From: Lytechinus pictus
Taxonomy: Eukaryota
Direction of reading: 5' to 3'
Length of the DNA stretch: 64,000 nucleotides
Assembly (NCBI RefSeq): GCF_037042905.1
Contig: NC_087251.1
Location: forward strand, 38,318,001-38,382,000
Positions 13,323-64,000 of the stretch are shown in pieces. Under the pieces are notes generated by a model that saw only the letters and a list, made by a program, of their open reading frames with translations, searched no databases and was not told where the DNA came from. The translations under genes and the position numbers were made by a program. Every line of letters begins with the position of its first letter. Positions within the stretch are counted from its first letter, which is position 1.

Positions 13323-14284
13323 TGTCTCACCTGCATAGCAGAGTGAGACTATAGGCGCCGCTTTTCCGACGGCGGCGGCGGCGGCGACGGCGGCGGCGTC
13401 AACACCAAATCTTAACCTGAGGTTAAGTTTTTGAAATGACAGCATAACTTAGAAAGTATATGGACCTAGTTCATGAACCTTGGCCATAAGGTTAATCAAG
13501 TATTACTAAACATCCTGCCTGAGTTTCATGTCACATGACCAAGGTCAAAGGTCATTTAGGGTCAATGAACTTAGACCATGTTGGGGGAATCAACATCAAA
13601 ATCTTAACCTAAGGTTAAGTTTTTGAAATGTCATCATAACTTAGAAAATATATGGACCTAGTTCATGAAACTTATACATAAGGTTAATCAAGTATCACTG
13701 AACATCTTGCATGAGTTTCACGTCACATGACCAAGGTCAAAGGTCATTTAGGGTCAATGAACTTTGGCCGAATTGGGGGTATCTGTTGAATTACCATCAT
13801 AACTTTAAAAGTTTATGGATCTGATTCATGAAACTTGGACATAATAGTAATCAAGTATTACTGAACATCCTGTGCAAGTTTCAGGTCACATGATCAAGGT
13901 CAAAGGTCATTTAGGGTCAATGAACTTTGGCCAAATTGGGGTATTTGTTGAATTACAGCCATAAATTTGAAAGTGTGTTGGTCTAGTTCATAAAACTTCG
14001 ACATAAGAGTAATCAAGTATCACTGAACATCCTGTGCGAGTTTCAGGTCACATGATCAAGGTCAAAGGTCATGTAAGGTCAAAGAACTTTGGCCACGTTG
14101 GGGGTATTTGTTGAATTGCCATCATATCTCTATAAGTGTATTGGTCTAGTTCATAAAACGTGGAAATAAGAGTAACCAAGTATCACTGAACATCTTGTGC
14201 GAGTTATAGTAGTTTTCAAAATCAGCACTGCTGCTATATTGAATCGCGTGATGCAGGTGAGACGGCCAGAGGCATTCCACTTGT
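13323..14284 (+). mobile_element. Non-autonomous Helentron/HINE-like element, copy 2 (head-to-tail with copy 1)
   Basis: Same ends (gtctcacctgcat...atgcaggtgagac..ccacttgtt) and same internal unit. Confidence 0.65.
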
Positions 14285-15040
14285 TTTAATAATGTATTCT
14301 TTTATAAACACCTTTTTTCGTAACAAACCCTGGTATAAATCTTTATGATTTTATCCTATTCAATGTTGATTTATCAATTCATAAAAAAAAACAATTGATA
14401 ACAAAATCAAAGAGGCAATAAAACTTATTAAAACATGTCAATAAATACATTTAATAAAACAGAAACAATAGTAAAGTAGATATGACACATTATTAATATG
14501 ATTGAGACTTTAATGATTGTGGAATGCGCTAAAAAGCCATGAAAAGACTTGCTAAAATTACCATGTTTAACCAAAACAAGCTGGTCATTAAAATAAGTTT
14601 AGTACAGTACATGTACAGTATGGATGCTATGTGTAGTAAAGTAAGTACCAAACAAAGTAAACAAATCATAGGGAAGTCGTTCCAATGTTTTAATTGCTAT
14701 ATTGTAGTAGTACTACTTAGTAGAACAATGAGGATCTTAATGAAATTGAATCAAAGCTCACAATATTGAATCAGTTTATTTACCGAGCAAGTAAATGCCA
14801 ATATCCTCTCCGATACCAGAAGGATAAAGTGGAAACTAAAAAATGAAAACAAGTAATTGGTTTCCCTGAAAGAGAGTTGACCCAGATGCATGTTTAAGTT
14901 GGAAATTGAGAATGATGCGGTAAGTAAGGCACGTTCAATGTCGCCAAGCTGATCTAATCCGCAGACTCCGAAGGTATTTGATGTGTATATAGCTTGGGTA
15001 CAGGTGTGTGTGTGTGTATCTAAGGGTAGCACATTTATTA

Positions 15041-15309
15041 GGGCCCTGTCTTACAAAGAGTTGTGATTGATCCAATCGGTATTAACTATGGAAATCCAAC
15101 AATGCCATAATTCTTAATACTGGAAATTTATACAACATTCCTTTGGAAATTCAGAGGAACACACTGCAATGTTGCAGGCATGACTTTATAACTTAAATCT
15201 AGAATATATATGAAACAAGGAAATGCCTAGATCTTCAGATGTTGATGTTGTTGGCTTTCCATAGTTGTAATTGATTGGATCGATTGTAACTCTTTGTGAG
15301 GCAGGGCCC
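15041..15309. mobile_element. MITE family GGGCCC..TCTTACAAAGAGTT, diverged copy
   Basis: TIRs; homologous to 39102-39376 and 51002-51275. Confidence 0.78.
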
Positions 15310-15984
15310 AGAGGTGAGAAGCTTCTGTGTATGGCATCAAGGAAGGATATAAGACACAGACAGCAGACAAACAGGATTTTACATGCCGTGTAATGGGGAA
15401 AGCATACACCAATCTCAAGGTGAAAAAAATGATAGAGACGGTTAGATTAAGGCCACAGCCAAGGTGTAAAAAGGCTCGGAAACATTGGATCTACAGCTGA
15501 TAGTAAAGGTTAAGGCCCTGAAGCTCTCTCCTCTCATTGTGGGTCTTTGTACTACTAATACCTTTTTTCTATTTACTTCAGTGACTTGCATGTTTCCTAT
15601 TCTTTATGCTGGTCACTTTTCCAGCATATTTTTGTTTTTATGTAGGTCTGTGTGTGTATAGGTCATTAGAGAAGATTAATTTCTTCCTTCTTTTTTTGAT
15701 GGACTTGCATATTGTATAGATGACAAAATCATGAGTTGGATAAGTTTCCATTGCTTAATAAGAATTTTAAAATTCAGTTTGAAAAGTATATTTGTACAAA
15801 TATTTGAATTTTATCATTATTTTGTTTATTTATCTATTCATTTATTTATTCAAAATATAATTATTATTATAATAATAATAATGATAATAATAATAATATG
15901 GACTATTTACAATATATATAGCACAGAAGCTGTAGCTACTATTTTGATAAACTCTACTGCGCTTAACATTTGGTATCATAATTT

Positions 15985-16199
15985 ATATCACCCCGACTGT
16001 AGCCAAGCCGCCATATAGGCCTGCGCTCATGCATTCAAGGAATTTCTTCCTACCGATTACCCATTCACTTCACCTTGGTTGAGTGCAGCACAATGTGGGT
16101 GAATTTCTTGCTGAAGGAAACACGCCATGGTTAGGAATCGAACCCACGTCCCTCAGATTGAAATACGAGAGTTGTAACCATCAGGCCATGATGCCCCGA
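15985..16199 (-). mobile_element. tRNA-derived SINE
   Basis: Reverse complement of the 10616 family. Confidence 0.75.
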
Positions 16200-18243
16200 A
16201 ATAATTTATTTTTTTTGGGGGGGGCAAACAATGTATCAAACCAGCCGAAAACAGTTTCTTCTTTGTCCCATGACCAACTTAAAACTGTGTGTGCTTTGTT
16301 GTTATAATTTCTTCAGATGATGACTGCTGTCTTTGGTGAGCTTCTACTACTAGCAGTTTGATAGTATGAGAGCCAGCATTGAAAGTAATTTAATTTAATG
16401 AGCTTTATTCCGGGGTTGTCATTGTTTTTCAAGCAATCTGCTTATAATGACAATCCTTTAACTGCAAACTGTAAATGTTAAATTTTCTTTGTTGGTAGTA
16501 GATCATATTTATTTAGAAGGACTTTATTTTGTTGTTTTTTTTTCTTTATGATTCATGCCAAAATCAATTACCAATATATTATGTTTGTTAGGTAATGAAT
16601 TTTGTATTGTATGAAAATGTTATGAATGCAGAAGAAAACAATAAATCAAGTCAAATCAAATACATCTACATTTATATGTACATGAGATGGACAGTTGATT
16701 TTGTGACACACCCTAATTTGTCCCTAAAATTCCCAAAATGGAATATTTTTGGGCAACCGTCTTTCCTAGGATCGCCCCAAGATCTGCCTCAAACAATATC
16801 TAAGAACATTCAGAAAATCTGTATTAATCGCAACAGTATACATGTACAGTAAAGGATAATGAGATTTGCTTTTACAGCATTATTGTTCTTTTTAGCAAAT
16901 AAGTAGCCCTTGAAATAAAAGAAATAGCTTAAAAACTTTGGGATTGCTCCATGTGGACAAAATAGCCCCTGAAGAAGGTTTTTCTCTTTCCTGCTGACAA
17001 CAAAAAGTAGAAATTTCCTCATGTTCTTGAAATTACCGGGGGGGGGGGGGGGATGAGGCAGTAACTTACCGCAAGTGATATAGTCAGAGGAGACTTGTGT
17101 AAAATTCATTGTAACTTACACAATGATCAATAGTGTATTTTGGGAATCTTGCAGCTAGCTGATGAAGAAGCCCAGGAAAGCATGGTCGGACAGATCTATG
17201 ACTGGCTTTTCAAAGAAAACACCATTACATGTGTTCGTAGCTCACATTGTGATCATAATGTATTTGGGGAAAATGATATAAACCACATGAATCACAGAAT
17301 CAGTAGTGTGCATTACCTGGAAATCAAAACAAGTGGGGCGAAATGGTCATCAATGCCATCAATTCATTACATGTGCCTTTCAAATGGGTACGTGTGTCGG
17401 GAATGATCTGTAATAGTGATGCTTTCCTCTATTTCTTGCTCTCCCGAATGATGAAGGTTATATTATACCTCGGTGTGATCTTGGTAGTGTTCCTAGAATC
17501 GCTTGAATAGATATAATCAAGCATAAAACGTGGTTGCATGTATCCTCTGGAAGTCCTCCAGGGTTCAATGATCTTGGTCAATTGTGACTCCTTGATAGGG
17601 CGAGTGCCATCTGCTGCGATGGTCTATACTGACAGTAAACCACAACCCAGGAACAATATTATTGTACTTTTAGATGGAAGGATAGTCAAGGTCCCTGAAA
17701 AAATTTGGAAAGAGCCATTCAGATTCCAGAGGAAATGTGTATTTGTGTTTTGGCTGTTTCAATGTATTTCCATTGAATTCTCTCATTCTCCTTCATTGAC
17801 TGTGTTCACGACCATGTGTACTATTTATATTACTATATTCAATATTGTCATAACAAAGTATTGTTCGTGTACAGCTGTAACAGGGGCCATAGAACAATCT
17901 AGAAGGGGGGGGGCTAATCATGAATAAAAGGGGTAATATTCATGTTTATGTACACGTTTAATGAGGAAAAAGCGAAGGGTGAAGCTACCTCCAAGTCCCC
18001 CCCCCCTTCTGTCTTGCTCCGCAACCTCTGTGGAATGTTTTTAAATGTCCATTTGATGGTGTTTGAAATGAATAAATCTGTTTACTTTTTAGAGCACTTG
18101 TATGTTGAAGTGGAAATGGATTTAGAATGTTGCCCCAGAAAATGACACTCCACTACTCTGGGTGTGCATCAAAAACATACAAAAGCACAATTATCGTGAT
18201 TAATTTGTGATTTTTTTTTCTCACAAATATTCATCTTCTTCAG

Positions 18244-64000
<45,757 letters not shown>

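Noticed and set aside
16317..16335. 19-nt candidate exon (cttcag|ATGATGACTGCTGTCTTTG|gtgagc)
   Set aside because: Its ATG frame ends in phase 1, incompatible with the phase-0 exon at 18244; no ATG2 similarity; at most non-coding or cryptic
17100..17930. Possible nested gene (plus-strand ORFs 17140-17406 and 17538-17927; minus-strand acceptor at ~17695)
   Set aside because: No recognisable motifs; all three minus-strand frames after the acceptor hit a stop within ~25 codons

Overview
This is AT-rich, repeat-dense animal genomic DNA. The repeat families suggest an echinoderm, probably a sea urchin (inference). The window is dominated by one + strand intron-rich gene, an ATG2 (autophagy-related protein 2, ATG2A/B-like lipid-transfer protein) orthologue. 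I traced 34 coding exons by hand from 18244 to the window end. They splice in consistent phase into one stop-free frame of about 1704 codons carrying part of Chorein_N, RFPIPDLR, the ATG2_CAD motif HIRTCADSC, an FCVL LIR and an HFA WIPI-binding-like motif. The C-terminus lies beyond the window. I could not find the conserved first coding exon, although a promoter-like region and an in-phase ATG-CAG-ATA-AAG/gtaag mini-exon sit at about 8.1-8.9 kb. Introns and upstream DNA hold tRNA-derived SINEs, many palindromic MITE-type elements, two Helentron/HINE-like copies, CR1/L2 and L1/Tx1-like LINE fragments, a deleted hAT-like element, minisatellites and microsatellites. Points of interest are repeated partial duplications of ATG2 exon edges that leave decoy splice sites, a GC-AG intron, a candidate 30-nt cassette exon, a transposon-borne M-box plus DR1 array upstream of the first traced exon, and multi-level nested insertions. 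No CRISPR array, true tRNA/rRNA gene or prokaryotic system is supported, and I found no convincing wholly new biological system.
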